From NCBI GenBank assembly GCA_009859145.1, contig VRVR01000016.1, forward strand, positions 214,855 through 278,854: DNA of 64,000 nt, in the 5' to 3' direction. Source of the DNA: Andalucia godoyi And28 (taxonomy: Eukaryota; Protista; Jakobida). Made by a program: the position numbers and the translations under genes. The notes below the pieces were generated by a model, which worked only from the letters and a program-made list of their open reading frames with translations, ran no database searches and was not told where the DNA came from. Shown in pieces: positions 19,391 to 30,764 of this stretch (the first letter of the stretch is position 1; every line of letters begins with the position of its first letter).

Positions 19391-21034
19391 ATGACGAGCA
19401 GGTCGGGTGTGCGACCGCTATCCAAGTCCAAGGTTGAGAATGAAAAGAGCCGCTCATTGTCTCCGGTATCGAATTCGTCCGCGCCTTCAAGACCGTCGTC
19501 CACGGCGAGCTTTCCTGCTTCTGCTCTCGCTTCTGTTTCTGCAGCGGCGAGTCCGAGTCTTGTTGATCTGGAAGATATGCTTTCTCAAGCCCACGTGTCG
19601 CTGCTGTCTGGAGCACCCTCTGACGCTCAGGATCTGTTACTGAGGCTCCTGGAAGATGCACGTCGTATGCAATCGACGAACCATTCGCCACCACCGAAGC
19701 CTCTGCAGGAAATCACTGCAGACGCAATGCTGCAGCTCGGCGTTCTTGCGCATTCTCTCTCCTCTTCCGCAGAGGTCGTTAAGAAAAAAAGCACCTCCAA
19801 TCATGCAGCAATGCTTCGAGCAGAGGCAATTGCATGGTATGATTCCTGCATTGCGTATCTGATTACAGGCACCATACCCGTTTCCCCTAGTTCTTCCTAT
19901 TCTTCGTACGCCGCACATCCAGTCGGCCTTCCGCAACTTGCCATTCTCTCGCGACCGCCGTATCCGTTTTCCCACCCGTTGTCGATGCATCATGCCCGTG
20001 CATCCAACGCGAGTGCAAATGCGAGCGCTCTGAATTCGACGTTGCCCAGTTCGCTGAGCCCAACCAACGCAAGCATCCACAATCCTGCTGCACATCGCGC
20101 AATATCATCATCGTCGTCTTTTTCTTCTTTTTCTTTGAATAAGCAGGGTTCTGGCGACAGTAACATGGCCTCTGCACCTCCAGGATATTCGTGGCGTGTG
20201 CTTCCTGCGACGAGCCCAAGCGTGCTTTTGAATCGAGCTCTTGTTTCGCTGGATTGCATGGATGCAGAGGATGCCCAAAAAGCGCTTCGGGCTGCTAAAC
20301 GGGTGCTTGAAGATGACCCTGCAGCGTATGACAGGACCCTTCTTGCATCCGTTCTCTTCAATCTCGGAGTCACCGCAGAGCTCAAGGCCTCCTTGGCATC
20401 TCAGAACTCGATTCCGGCGAAAAGAGCCGCGGAAGCCGGCGAAAAGAGCCAGCTGGAATGGGTCAGCGAGGCTGCCAAGTGCTACGAACATGCGTACCAC
20501 GCACGGATCACAAGTTCTGCGCAACCTCCAGTGTCACTCGAAACAGGCGGCTGTGATGGTGACGGTGATGACGACGGTAGCACCAGTGGCGGCGGCGTCG
20601 CAGGGAACGGTGATGGCGGCGCCGAGAGAATAAAAGATGCCGACATCCTGGTCGAGGCTCTCCGAGCAGCGGCACGCTGCCATGCGTCCACCGGGAAGAT
20701 TGAACGAGCCATTGGATGCATGCAGCGTGCGTATTCAATGATTGCAAAGCAAGCCAGAGCTGTTGGCAGTGGAGAACTCGCGAGAAAACGCGTCATGGTG
20801 TTGGTGGCACTTGGTGATCTGTACGATGCGAGCGCCGATGCTCGCCATGCTGCACTTGCGAGAAAGGCATTTCGAAACGCACGGATTGCAGTTCAGCAGT
20901 CAATGCAGACGCAGAAGAAGGACACTAAGAGGAATGGCAGTGCTCGGTCCAACAGTGAGCAGAGTCTCGAGGGTTCCTGGGAAGATTGGGAAGCCTACGT
21001 CGGCAGACGCTGCATGGAGCTGGGTGTCAAGTAA
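19391..21034 (+). CDS. TPR-like helical-repeat protein
   Basis: TPR-type segments (ASVLFNLGVTAEL, AAKCYEHAY, AIGCMQRAY, VLVALGDLY) separated by S-rich linkers. Confidence 0.6.
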   Translation: MTSRSGVRPLSKSKVENEKSRSLSPVSNSSAPSRPSSTASFPASALASVSAAASPSLVDLEDMLSQAHVSLLSGAPSDAQDLLLRLLEDARRMQSTNHSPPPKPLQEITADAMLQLGVLAHSLSSSAEVVKKKSTSNHAAMLRAEAIAWYDSCIAYLITGTIPVSPSSSYSSYAAHPVGLPQLAILSRPPYPFSHPLSMHHARASNASANASALNSTLPSSLSPTNASIHNPAAHRAISSSSSFSSFSLNKQGSGDSNMASAPPGYSWRVLPATSPSVLLNRALVSLDCMDAEDAQKALRAAKRVLEDDPAAYDRTLLASVLFNLGVTAELKASLASQNSIPAKRAAEAGEKSQLEWVSEAAKCYEHAYHARITSSAQPPVSLETGGCDGDGDDDGSTSGGGVAGNGDGGAERIKDADILVEALRAAARCHASTGKIERAIGCMQRAYSMIAKQARAVGSGELARKRVMVLVALGDLYDASADARHAALARKAFRNARIAVQQSMQTQKKDTKRNGSARSNSEQSLEGSWEDWEAYVGRRCMELGVK

Positions 21035-21078
21035 AGAAGTGGCAGTATTTATTCCCTTGTACCTGGAGGTTTTATTCG

Positions 21079-21079
<1 letters not shown>

Positions 21080-21117
<38 letters not shown>

Positions 21118-21189
21118 GTCTGTGTCTGTCTGTCTGTCTGTGTCTGTGTCTGTCTGTCTGTCTGTGTCTGTGTCTGTCTGTCTGTCTGT
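21080..21189. repeat. Compound (TCTG)n/(TCTGTG)n microsatellite
   Basis: Direct reading. Confidence 0.9.
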
Positions 21190-21330
21190 GAGTGAGAAAG
21201 AGAGACTGCTTACTTGCTTCCTGTCGTACACGACTTTCGCAGATTCACCCTCGATTAAAACAAGGCACTCCGATTTTCGCTCCTCGCGTCTTTCTTATAA
21301 ATGAAGTAGAATTTTTGCAGGTTTGCGCTG

Positions 21331-21406
21331 TTTTTTGTTTTTGTTTTTGTTTTGTTTTTTGTTTTTGTTTTTGTTTTGTTTTTTGTTTTGTTTTGTTTTG
21401 TTTTTG
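21331..21406. repeat. (TTTTTG)/(TTTTG)n tract
   Basis: Direct reading; upstream of the zuotin gene. Confidence 0.85.
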
Positions 21407-21481
21407 TGATGAAATTTAACTTTCCCTTTGTTGTGTTTCCTTAGGTGTGGTACTCATAGCATTCAACGACCAACCGAACCC

Positions 21482-23587
21482 ATGGTGTTTCTGCTGGGCC
21501 CTGCTGGATTGGAGGAGACATCGACGTCTGCAGCGGCGGCGTCTGAGCTGCCGTTTTCGCTGAGACCGACTTTGCTGACGGTGCTGTGCATTGGAAATCG
21601 CTTTTCGAAGCTTGCACACGTTCACCATCCGCGGCTTCCAGATATTGCGTCTGCTTCTCAGCAGTCTCTAGATGATAGTGTGTCGGAATCGGACTACCGA
21701 CCTGGACTGGGATCTGTTTTGGACGCGGATTCCTACTCCTTTGCGGATGTCTCGGGAGCTTCGGAGCCTTCAGTTTACAAAACGGAAGATTTTTATGCGA
21801 TTCTTGGAATTCCAGATCTGAGGTTCCGTGCCTCCGAGTCAGAAATCCGCAAGGCATATCGATCTCGTGTTCTGGAAGTGCACCCAGACAAGATTTCCAA
21901 TGCCAATGCTGATGCATCATCGGCTGCGTCGTCTGCGTCATCGTCGTCGGTGAGCAGCCCAACTTCACCGAAGTCGAATCTTTTGAGCTCCGGTATGGAT
22001 ATTGACGAAGCGTTCAAGCAGCTTACGAAAGCACAAGAAACTCTTCTGGATCCAGTCCGGCGCCGAGCTCACGATTCGCAACTCGCCGAGACCATGTTTC
22101 CGGATGTTACGGATTCAGACGTGAATTCCGTCTTGTCAAAGTGCAAGAGTGCGGAAGTCGCCGTTCCAATCAAGATGGAAGGACGACCCGAGCCGCTGGT
22201 CGTGTCTCTCGTTCCCGCAGAAATATTTGTCTCTCTCTGGAGTCCATTGTTTGCGAGAATTGCCGTGTGGAGCGCTGAGCCCAGACCACCAAAGCTGTTG
22301 TCAAAGTCTTTTCCTGGCGTGGATAAGTTGATTGCAAGTAGAAAGGATGCACAAGATGTGCCCCCGGCCGCGTCCATCTCACCAGATTACTCTGCGGCTG
22401 ATGCATTCTACAAGTTTTATCTGCGATTTCGTTCCTGGCGGGATTTCTCTCATGAGCTCCCGGACGTTCTCGCTTCAATGTCCTCCGCAACTTCACGGGA
22501 TGAACGTCGCTTCCACCAGCAGGCGCTTGAGAAACATTCCAAAAAGCGGAAATTGGAGGCCGCTGCGATGGTTCTGAAGCTTGCTGAGCAGGCTCAGAAG
22601 AGTGACCCCCGGTTCGCACTTCGAAAGGCGCTGGAGGAAGCCGAAAAGGAAAATAAGAAGTGGCTAAAGCTCATGGAGAAGAAACGAGAGGAAGAGGAGG
22701 CTGAGCGCAAGAAGAAGGAGGACGACGATCGCAAGAAGAAGGAGGACGACGATCGCGTGGCGCTGAAGAAGGCAAAGGAAAACGAACAACGACAAATGCG
22801 CAGAGAACGCAAGCGATTCAAGGACAGCGTTTGGTTCCTGAAAGACGGACCACGCCTGGAGGGTTCCGATGAGCGAGGCTGGGCAGTTGTTTCAAGCATG
22901 GTGCACAAGGCATTGGTATCGGGGGCGCTCGATACTATCAAGCTTCCGAATCCCCTTCCATCTGGCCCTTCTCAGTCCCCCTCTTCCCCTTTCCCTAGTT
23001 CTACGTCGCTGGAAGATCTCGGAGAGGTTTCCGACGTAACATCGGTAACTGCTACACCCGCAGAATGCTCTGATTGCTTAGGACCGACAGCGTTTCCAAG
23101 TGAAGAGGAGATTGAGGATGTGTCTCGTCGGCTGACTCGACTTCAGCTGTCTGCATTGAATGACGCTCTTGCGCAAGTGTCAGCTGAGGAGCCGTCCACA
23201 GATGCAGATTCTTCGGACAGGACTTACAGGTCTACCAAAGAGATTCGTGGTGCTCTGGCACGCATTGGGTCCTTGATACTTGCTATTCGCGTACAGATTG
23301 CCCGCGTGAAGAAGGTGAAGGACGACGCAGAGGCTGCAGAACGCGAGCGGTTTCTTGCGGATCTGAAGGCCCGTGAAACCGCAGACGCCTCGAAGCCGAA
23401 ATGGACCAAACAGCAGCAGACGGAGCTCGAACAGGCACTGAAGAAGGTTCCTCCAAACGATTCAAAGAGATGGGAACGTGTCGCCAACATGGTTCCTGAG
23501 AAGACTCCTGCTGAGTGTGAAGCCCGCTTCCGCGATATGCTGGAAGCGTACAAGAAGAAGAAGGATCAAACTGTGACAAAGAAATGA
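21482..23587 (+). CDS. DNAJC2: Zuotin/DNAJC2 (MPP11) ribosome-associated J-protein
   Basis: J domain (DFYAILG ... HPDK), FRSWRDFS, charged coiled coil, C-terminal SANT (WTKQQQTELEQALKK ... RWERVANMV). Start uncertain. Confidence 0.85.
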   Translation: MVFLLGPAGLEETSTSAAAASELPFSLRPTLLTVLCIGNRFSKLAHVHHPRLPDIASASQQSLDDSVSESDYRPGLGSVLDADSYSFADVSGASEPSVYKTEDFYAILGIPDLRFRASESEIRKAYRSRVLEVHPDKISNANADASSAASSASSSSVSSPTSPKSNLLSSGMDIDEAFKQLTKAQETLLDPVRRRAHDSQLAETMFPDVTDSDVNSVLSKCKSAEVAVPIKMEGRPEPLVVSLVPAEIFVSLWSPLFARIAVWSAEPRPPKLLSKSFPGVDKLIASRKDAQDVPPAASISPDYSAADAFYKFYLRFRSWRDFSHELPDVLASMSSATSRDERRFHQQALEKHSKKRKLEAAAMVLKLAEQAQKSDPRFALRKALEEAEKENKKWLKLMEKKREEEEAERKKKEDDDRKKKEDDDRVALKKAKENEQRQMRRERKRFKDSVWFLKDGPRLEGSDERGWAVVSSMVHKALVSGALDTIKLPNPLPSGPSQSPSSPFPSSTSLEDLGEVSDVTSVTATPAECSDCLGPTAFPSEEEIEDVSRRLTRLQLSALNDALAQVSAEEPSTDADSSDRTYRSTKEIRGALARIGSLILAIRVQIARVKKVKDDAEAAERERFLADLKARETADASKPKWTKQQQTELEQALKKVPPNDSKRWERVANMVPEKTPAECEARFRDMLEAYKKKKDQTVTKK

Positions 23588-23698
23588 GGAAGTTAAAAAG
23601 AACTGCACGGCATTCTTTTTATTTATTTTTATTTTTTAATTTAAAAATTAATTTCTTGGTCACATCCACAATGAAGAATAAAGAATGGAAAATGGAGC

Positions 23699-26600
23699 TT
23701 ACGCCTTGCCAGCTCGAAGGCGATCCAAACGTGCTCGCAAATCTGCTATGCTGCTGTCGGTTGTTGTTGCAGCAGCCGGAGCAGAGGCCACAGGAACGGA
23801 AGACTTAGGCACCACAGGCTCCGAAGCAGACTGCTTCAAAGGAGGCAGATCGTGGTCCGCAGAAGAACTGACGTGCGACGCTGTTGCAAGACGGCGGCGA
23901 ATAGAGTCCGCAGATGCTGCAGAGTTGCTAGTCGAACCATTGTCATAGGCGGCTGGTGCCGACGATTTGAGAGTCTCTTTGGAAACGGGAGGAGAATTCT
24001 CGTCCAATATTACGGGAGAGCGGGAAGACTTCTTGCTGGAAAATTCCTGGGAAGACCGGGGAGAAGCAGTAGCCTCTACGCCAGCCCGTTGCTGAATTGC
24101 GCGAAGACGCTCCAAGAAACTAGAAACATTCGTCTCATTTTCGTCCGCAGAGGTGAAAGAACACTCAGATTCCACATCGCTATCCGAATTCAAATCAAAG
24201 TTGAAAGATTGGTTGGCGCCCCTCGATGATCCAAACTCCTGAGAAGTTGGTGATATTGCGGATCCATTGAAGGTTCGACTCATTCGAAACTGGGAAACGG
24301 ATAAAGAGGTCGGGGTTGTACCGGAGAACGACGAACGATTTCGTCTCCTCTTGATTGCCATTCGTCCAAGTTGCTTCCTAATGTACGCCTGGAACGGAGG
24401 AGAGCACCGAGACATGAAGTTCGAAATATCCACGCGAGGATTTCGAGACGTGAACTGGAACAATATTTCAAGACCCTCTGTGATAGACTCCTTGTCACCG
24501 ATCTTGCAGAATATCCGCTCCAACTCTTCTTGCAGCTCATCGGACGGCTGCTGAGTCGGGCTTGTAGCAGCGGCATCAAAAGCCGAACTCAGGTCATTAT
24601 TAGTTGGACTGATAGACGCTCCATCATAAGAGTCATCAACGGATTCGGAAGTGCCGACCACCAGAGGCGCAAGATCGGACACAGCGGGTGCAGCGCGCTT
24701 GCTCAGCTTCTTCTGGCTGCGTCGACGGTCCCGCAGCTCAGCATACGACATATTTAGAGCATCCTCGTCACACACAGTGGCAATGACACATTGAACTGCA
24801 ACATACAAGGCTGATGATGCTGAGATCCCAGTCGAGCGCAGCTGGATTGCAGCTTCTTCAACCCCACATGCTCTGACAATTTCGTTCAGCATTGCCTTCA
24901 CCGTCATCGTGCACGCGTCAGGAGAAGATGATTCAGGGATGTCCTGCAATGCAGTTGGAATGGCAAGTTCGGACGACGTCGGACACATGGAAAGGTCTTT
25001 CCAGAAATCATCCACAGCAACCAAAACTTTCGGGATGTTAATCTTCCCGACAGGAACGAAATCTGCAATCTGCTTGATCACCTTGTGCAAACACTTGAGA
25101 ACGAGTTCACGCACCTGCGTGTACTGGGAATCTCCGAGCATCGACAGCAACCCAGAAATAGCAACAGTGCGATCGGAATGCGTGAGAACCTTCAGAACAA
25201 CTGTGTTTAAAGCACGAGAGATTTGCATAGGGTCATCTTCAGGAATGACCCGCTCGTCGCCGAGTCGACGCAAAACTTCGAAAATGCTCATCTTGAAATG
25301 GGATTCGTCAACTTTCGCGGCAATCGCATGTCGCACGTACAACTGCATGATTGCGTTGAGAACATTTTTGCACAGCAGGGACGGAAATTGTTCTCGAGAG
25401 AACGCTTCCGATGAAACAATACACAGCGACTCGACACACGCATTAATCGAGTTATCGTCGACATATCTGCAATTCTCGTGGGTCAAAACTTGAGAAAGAT
25501 CTCGCAGAAGATCGAGTTCACTCTGCTGGGCGACTTGCAAAGCAAGAATGGTTTCCTCTCTTCCTTCCGCCTCCATATGGGCAAAGCTTCCAATTCTTCC
25601 TTGCTTTGCAGCGTCAGATGCCGTTGCACGAAGCTTGCGAGAGATATCCTGCATCTGCCGAGCTAGACTCTCTACAATTTGGTCTGCCCCCAAACCAGCA
25701 CCACCCCCACTACTACTGTTCCCTGCGTACGACTCGTCAAAGTTGATCTTCATGGGAGGCAGCTTGGGAGTCGGGGCTTCCAAAGACATGGATAGCGAAG
25801 AGGGCTTCAGCATCATTGGAGTCTGGGGAACGACTTCCGCCGAAGAGGGTGCCGAGTCTGCACCCCGAGCCATCGTTGAAACCTGCGCCTTCTCGTGCTC
25901 ACTGAGTTTCTCCAGCTCAAGTTCAAAGTCCTTCTCAAACTCTTCCAGGCCCTCCAGAGCCAACGGAACTTCCTTGCTGGTATTTGAATCCACAACAGCT
26001 GTCAAGTGCGAAGAGCTGCCACTGCGCTTGGCGGGCTGTGGCCCGACATCGACAACAGCTCCAGTGGCCAGACGGAGACGCTCGGTAAGCAAATCCATGG
26101 CGCTGTCTGCCACGCCTTCTAGATACTTTGTGACAGCGGGTTCGCCATACGTCTTGCAGAGAACTGCAAGGAACTGCAGCGCGGCTTCTCGAACTGACAC
26201 ATCACGTTCCGCAAGACATTTTCCTATTGCAGGAACGTACTTTGACACGGAAGAAAGCGGCACGACATCCGCACCATACTTGCTAAACAGCACCAGCATC
26301 TCTTCGAGCAGCGTACTGCGAGTTCGCGCATTCTTTGAAATGAGGCCTGCGAACATAAAGCCAAAAATCTTTCCCGAGGGATGAACTTGACACATGCCGT
26401 CAAAAAGTTGACGCATAGTCTCGCGGATATGTGTGTTGTTTGAGCCAACTTTCTCCACAACGAACGATGCAATGGACTGCAATTCATAGTCGGACAGCTG
26501 ATACTGCTGGGTCGCAAGGTGGTGGAGCAGAGCAACCAGAAATTCAGACGTCTTCAAAACTGCGGAGGTGTTCGAGTCGCACAAGCGAAGCGCGCACCAT

Positions 26601-29600
26601 TTCAGAATGACATCCACTGACTGCAATACTTCTACAGATTGAACGGTAATAACACGTTGCATTTCGGACAGTGCCTCCACATGTTTCTTGAAGTCTGAAC
26701 AGAACATCTTGCTGTGCAATTCATCAGACACGCAAGACAAACAGTGTTCGCTGAGCATTCCGATCAACTCTGGTCGCATTTCCTCAATGTGCCATCTGTA
26801 CTTCTTCATTTTCTTGATTCGGGAGTCTTTCAAGTCATTATTCTTGAAAACCAACGAAACTTTCGGGGCTAGGACCACAGAAGGCTCAATGCCAAGCGCG
26901 GCACCCACCGACGGAGCACTTGTCGGACGAGACCTTGATTTGGCAACCGGTCGGTTCTCCTTGTCTGCATCAGGCTTTGCAACAACAAGGCCGGACGGTT
27001 GCGAACCCTGACGAGAAGGGGAAGGCTTGGGATCAGGCATCGCAGACGCCTTCTTTTTCGAAGGAGTGACGGATTTCTGAGAAACGACCTCATCAACCGG
27101 TGGAGCAGGCGTCGTACCTCGGCAGCTGCCCGCCAGCGAGTCATACTTGCCGAGGATTCCTTCGATCGTCTTTGCTTGTGCAGGCTTCAGCTCGCGGATC
27201 GCCTTGCGTGCTACGTCAACTGAAACAAACGGAAGCGCCTCCTTGTACAGATCTTCTGACTTGTGGCGAACGTCGTTGTTCTTGTCCAGTTGGCACAACA
27301 CCAAATTTTGAACTAGGGTCTCTGCGGCGCCAGACGATTCCATGCATGCTTTGAATTCGTCCAAATTCAGCGACATGAAGTCCAAGACTTCAAGACGAAC
27401 AATAGGCGATTCGATTGCCAGTCCTTTGGGAAGATATCTCAAACATGATTCAAAGGATACGTCTTTGCACCATGTGTCAAGAGTTTGCAACGCAATGTCT
27501 CGAACTGGCTTCTTGTTGTCGTTCAGATTCACTAACAAGTTCGGAAGCAAGACCTTCGAGTAACGATCCATGTCTTTGTGAAGCGAGGCAGAAAACATTT
27601 GGACAAGAGAACATGTCGTGCTGAAAATCATTTTGTTTGAATCCAGCAATCTCTGCTTCAATTCATGCATGAGATCTCCAAGGCCATTCGGAGAAATAAG
27701 CTTATTGGCTGCAATCACAATTGCCTCCACTTGCTGGAGACCCTCCATGCGCAATTTCCAGTTTTGGTCAGAAAGTTGTTTCAACACTTTCGACGTCAAT
27801 TGGTTGCTGATGTCCGTACGCGGAAGCAGATCCATTGTGCTAGACGACGACGCACCTTTTCCGCTCTTGCCCGCTGGAACTTTAGGATCAACACGCGTTG
27901 TTCTCTGGGGAACAGGAGCCGGCACACCTTCCACTTTTCGAAACTCCTCGTCGATGACTGCCAGCAACTGTGGCTTGATTTCTGCAAAGAAATCGCGGAT
28001 ACTGGGACCCGTAAAACGGAAAAGAAGTACGAGCAAAGCAATGGCTGCGTTCTTGATATTCGGGTTGGTGCTTTCCAAACAAGAACGCATGAAGTCAATG
28101 AGAGATTTCAAATTGACAGTTGCAGGTCCAAATTCTTCAACGGCCGACGTCATCCATCCGAGAGATTCCACGAGAACCTTTGGATTCTTATGAGTGCCGG
28201 CACGTTTGTACAACTGAAGAAACACAGACTGCAAACCAATGCACTCCACAAAGGTTGAAAGACACTCGGTGATTGCAGCTTTGGCCTTAACATCTGTCAT
28301 CTTTTCTACCATGATCGGGAGAGTTACTGACATCATTCGCTTCGGAAATGGTGTTGTTCGCGCAGAGACCTTTGAAATTACGGACAATGCCCGAGCAAGT
28401 ACCTGAGCATTTGTTTCTTTCACCGCAGCATTCTTCAGAACAAAGCGAATTAAAGGTTGACTGTATTCCGACATCGATTCGTCTGGAATGCTATCCACGA
28501 ATTCGCTAAGATTCTTTTCAAGAGACTCGAGCCTTGTCTTCCAGTCCTTGTCCAAAATTCCCGACTTGATGGAATCTGGGAGCAAAGATTCTGCTTTTTC
28601 CAAAGCTTCGTCTTCATTCATGACTGCAACATCATCATCCGCGTCATCCTCGCCTGCTGTCTTGGAAGAAGACGCTTTCGGCTTGACTGCTGCAGCAGGG
28701 GCGACAGAAAGAGCAGGCTTGGGTCGGGTAGCAGCACTGGCAGTGGCAGGCCGTGCAGCAGTCTTGGCCATCGGCTTTGCAGCTGGTTTGGCGACGGGAG
28801 CTGTTTCTTCAGAAGCAAAAGATGAGGGTGAGGAAGATGGCGGCGGTGGCGAAGCGACAACACCAGAGGTTGACGCGAGACCGGAAGATGCTGATGACGA
28901 CGACGATGATGATGATGATGATGATGATGATGAAGAAGAGGTATTTGACGAAGACTTCATCTTCGGCTTGGATGCCTTTTCAGCCGCCTTCGCTTCCGAT
29001 GCAGACACCTTAGAGTATGGTTTCGTCAACGCTGGATCGTACGACTCACGCACTTTGGCCGCCTTCATCTTGTCAATCTTTTCAAGAAACGGTGCTACCA
29101 CATTTTCCCCAAGGATGCTCATGAGAGCCCCTAGAGCCTTCATCGAGGAGTCACGAACTTCCGGTGTTCCATCATCAGTCTGCTTGATCAAACCGTCAGC
29201 AAACATCTTTGTATGAGGATAAATATCCTTTCCTTTCCCGCTTCTGAAATTTCTGTCCAGAAACAAGCAGAATTCCGCCCGAACCTTTGGAAGCTTATGA
29301 TCGAACGCCCCGGGTATGTCATCGACGAAATCAGAAAACGTTGCGCAATACTGAAAGATCGCATCAAGACTGGTATGGATTCCATCCACAACCGGTTGCT
29401 TCTTTTCTTTGAACTTGTCAACCAAAGCAGAAAACAAAGTCTTTGCATGCGGTACAAAGTTTTTCCCCAGTCCGCGAGCCAAAATTCCCACAATTGCAAC
29501 AGCAGAGCCAACCACGACAACGTTGGAATCGTTTGAAACAGTCTTTTTCAAGAGACGTACAATATCCGAATAATCCTCGTTGGCAAGTTTCGGATGGTTG

Positions 29601-30514
29601 ACACACTGCTGAAGCTGCTCAAGAGCTTCTCGTCTTTCATGCCATTTTGTGGACTCCATTTGCGTTGCCCATTCTGCAGGAAGCTTTCCAAGAGCTGCAA
29701 CCTCCTCAATGTAATCTGACAGGTTCACTGAAGCAGGATCCGCAGCCTCCTCCACAACGCTCTCTGCGGCAGTGGTGGCCGTACCTTTCTTGCCCACAGC
29801 CGAGGGGCCAGACACTGTGCGTGGAGTTCTAGTAGGTACCGGCTTCTCTGAACTGGTGTTTTTCGAGATAGCGTCTTCAATATCCTTTTGCTGTGCACTT
29901 CGCAAATCGGCCATGGACTGCTGCAAAGCAGTGCCGATCCATCTGTGAAGTTCGGCAACGAGCTCGACTGCGGCAGCACGGACGGTTCCATCGGCATGAT
30001 TGAACAAAGGAGGGTACGCCTTCAAAATCGGCTTAACATTGACCACTGGAACTCCAAATGATCGGACCATTTCAGTCAAAGTATTAACGCACACAACAAT
30101 TACTTTAGGAAGCTTGTGCGCAAACGCCTTGATTAAGAATTGAACAAGGGCATCCGAGGAGCCAGAAGCTTCGACAATAACGAGGAAGACTTCTTGTGCC
30201 TTTGCTTTCGTGGAAGCCTTTCCTGCAAAGCACTTCTCAATGAGGGAAGGAACAACGTTTTCGACGTGCTTCAGCGGAGTCGAGACCTTGTTGAAAAATT
30301 CAACAGCAGCGTCAAGACCCTTTTCTTGGGCAGCCTGATTTGAATCTTCCACAGCTCCTTTAATGTTCTCCGAATACTGTGCAATTTCCGCGTCTCCTTC
30401 ACAGGATCGACGGAAAAGCTGTGCAAGCTCTTCGTACGCATCGGATCGCCCTTTCCAGTTCTTTTGGACCAGTCGTTCGGAGAGAAGACCACCAATCTGC
30501 TCGGTCGAGGCCAT
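23699..30514 (-). CDS. CKAP5: XMAP215/ch-TOG microtubule polymerase
   Basis: Repeated TOG domains (KNWKGRSDAYEEL, TKWHERREALEQL, KDWKTRLESLE, QNWKLRMEGLQ, SDFKKHVEAL) with basic S/A-rich linkers; about 2270 aa. Confidence 0.93.
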   Translation of the reverse strand: MASTEQIGGLLSERLVQKNWKGRSDAYEELAQLFRRSCEGDAEIAQYSENIKGAVEDSNQAAQEKGLDAAVEFFNKVSTPLKHVENVVPSLIEKCFAGKASTKAKAQEVFLVIVEASGSSDALVQFLIKAFAHKLPKVIVVCVNTLTEMVRSFGVPVVNVKPILKAYPPLFNHADGTVRAAAVELVAELHRWIGTALQQSMADLRSAQQKDIEDAISKNTSSEKPVPTRTPRTVSGPSAVGKKGTATTAAESVVEEAADPASVNLSDYIEEVAALGKLPAEWATQMESTKWHERREALEQLQQCVNHPKLANEDYSDIVRLLKKTVSNDSNVVVVGSAVAIVGILARGLGKNFVPHAKTLFSALVDKFKEKKQPVVDGIHTSLDAIFQYCATFSDFVDDIPGAFDHKLPKVRAEFCLFLDRNFRSGKGKDIYPHTKMFADGLIKQTDDGTPEVRDSSMKALGALMSILGENVVAPFLEKIDKMKAAKVRESYDPALTKPYSKVSASEAKAAEKASKPKMKSSSNTSSSSSSSSSSSSSSSSASSGLASTSGVVASPPPPSSSPSSFASEETAPVAKPAAKPMAKTAARPATASAATRPKPALSVAPAAAVKPKASSSKTAGEDDADDDVAVMNEDEALEKAESLLPDSIKSGILDKDWKTRLESLEKNLSEFVDSIPDESMSEYSQPLIRFVLKNAAVKETNAQVLARALSVISKVSARTTPFPKRMMSVTLPIMVEKMTDVKAKAAITECLSTFVECIGLQSVFLQLYKRAGTHKNPKVLVESLGWMTSAVEEFGPATVNLKSLIDFMRSCLESTNPNIKNAAIALLVLLFRFTGPSIRDFFAEIKPQLLAVIDEEFRKVEGVPAPVPQRTTRVDPKVPAGKSGKGASSSSTMDLLPRTDISNQLTSKVLKQLSDQNWKLRMEGLQQVEAIVIAANKLISPNGLGDLMHELKQRLLDSNKMIFSTTCSLVQMFSASLHKDMDRYSKVLLPNLLVNLNDNKKPVRDIALQTLDTWCKDVSFESCLRYLPKGLAIESPIVRLEVLDFMSLNLDEFKACMESSGAAETLVQNLVLCQLDKNNDVRHKSEDLYKEALPFVSVDVARKAIRELKPAQAKTIEGILGKYDSLAGSCRGTTPAPPVDEVVSQKSVTPSKKKASAMPDPKPSPSRQGSQPSGLVVAKPDADKENRPVAKSRSRPTSAPSVGAALGIEPSVVLAPKVSLVFKNNDLKDSRIKKMKKYRWHIEEMRPELIGMLSEHCLSCVSDELHSKMFCSDFKKHVEALSEMQRVITVQSVEVLQSVDVILKWCALRLCDSNTSAVLKTSEFLVALLHHLATQQYQLSDYELQSIASFVVEKVGSNNTHIRETMRQLFDGMCQVHPSGKIFGFMFAGLISKNARTRSTLLEEMLVLFSKYGADVVPLSSVSKYVPAIGKCLAERDVSVREAALQFLAVLCKTYGEPAVTKYLEGVADSAMDLLTERLRLATGAVVDVGPQPAKRSGSSSHLTAVVDSNTSKEVPLALEGLEEFEKDFELELEKLSEHEKAQVSTMARGADSAPSSAEVVPQTPMMLKPSSLSMSLEAPTPKLPPMKINFDESYAGNSSSGGGAGLGADQIVESLARQMQDISRKLRATASDAAKQGRIGSFAHMEAEGREETILALQVAQQSELDLLRDLSQVLTHENCRYVDDNSINACVESLCIVSSEAFSREQFPSLLCKNVLNAIMQLYVRHAIAAKVDESHFKMSIFEVLRRLGDERVIPEDDPMQISRALNTVVLKVLTHSDRTVAISGLLSMLGDSQYTQVRELVLKCLHKVIKQIADFVPVGKINIPKVLVAVDDFWKDLSMCPTSSELAIPTALQDIPESSSPDACTMTVKAMLNEIVRACGVEEAAIQLRSTGISASSALYVAVQCVIATVCDEDALNMSYAELRDRRRSQKKLSKRAAPAVSDLAPLVVGTSESVDDSYDGASISPTNNDLSSAFDAAATSPTQQPSDELQEELERIFCKIGDKESITEGLEILFQFTSRNPRVDISNFMSRCSPPFQAYIRKQLGRMAIKRRRNRSSFSGTTPTSLSVSQFRMSRTFNGSAISPTSQEFGSSRGANQSFNFDLNSDSDVESECSFTSADENETNVSSFLERLRAIQQRAGVEATASPRSSQEFSSKKSSRSPVILDENSPPVSKETLKSSAPAAYDNGSTSNSAASADSIRRRLATASHVSSSADHDLPPLKQSASEPVVPKSSVPVASAPAAATTTDSSIADLRARLDRLRAGKA

Positions 30515-30731
30515 GTTCAAATGCGGTGTTTTCAACTAACAAACGAACCAAAACAACAACAAAAAAAAAAAAAAGAGGAAACAGAAAAGAATGGTAATAA
30601 AAAACAAAAAATTGATAAAAATGATAATGATAATGGTGTGAGCGGTTAGTTAGAAAAGTACAGTGCAAAATGAAAATAAAAACGAGTGGAAGCGGGGAGA
30701 ACACGTGAAATACAAAGGACATATACATATA

Positions 30732-30764
30732 GAAGAAGAAGAAGAAGAAGAAGAAGAAGAAGAA
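30732..30764. repeat. (GAA)11 microsatellite
   Basis: Direct reading. Confidence 0.9.

Noticed and set aside
21460-21470. TCG|TTGAAT on the minus strand, matching the element left junction
   Set aside because: No similarity beyond 9 nt; about one such match is expected by chance in this window.
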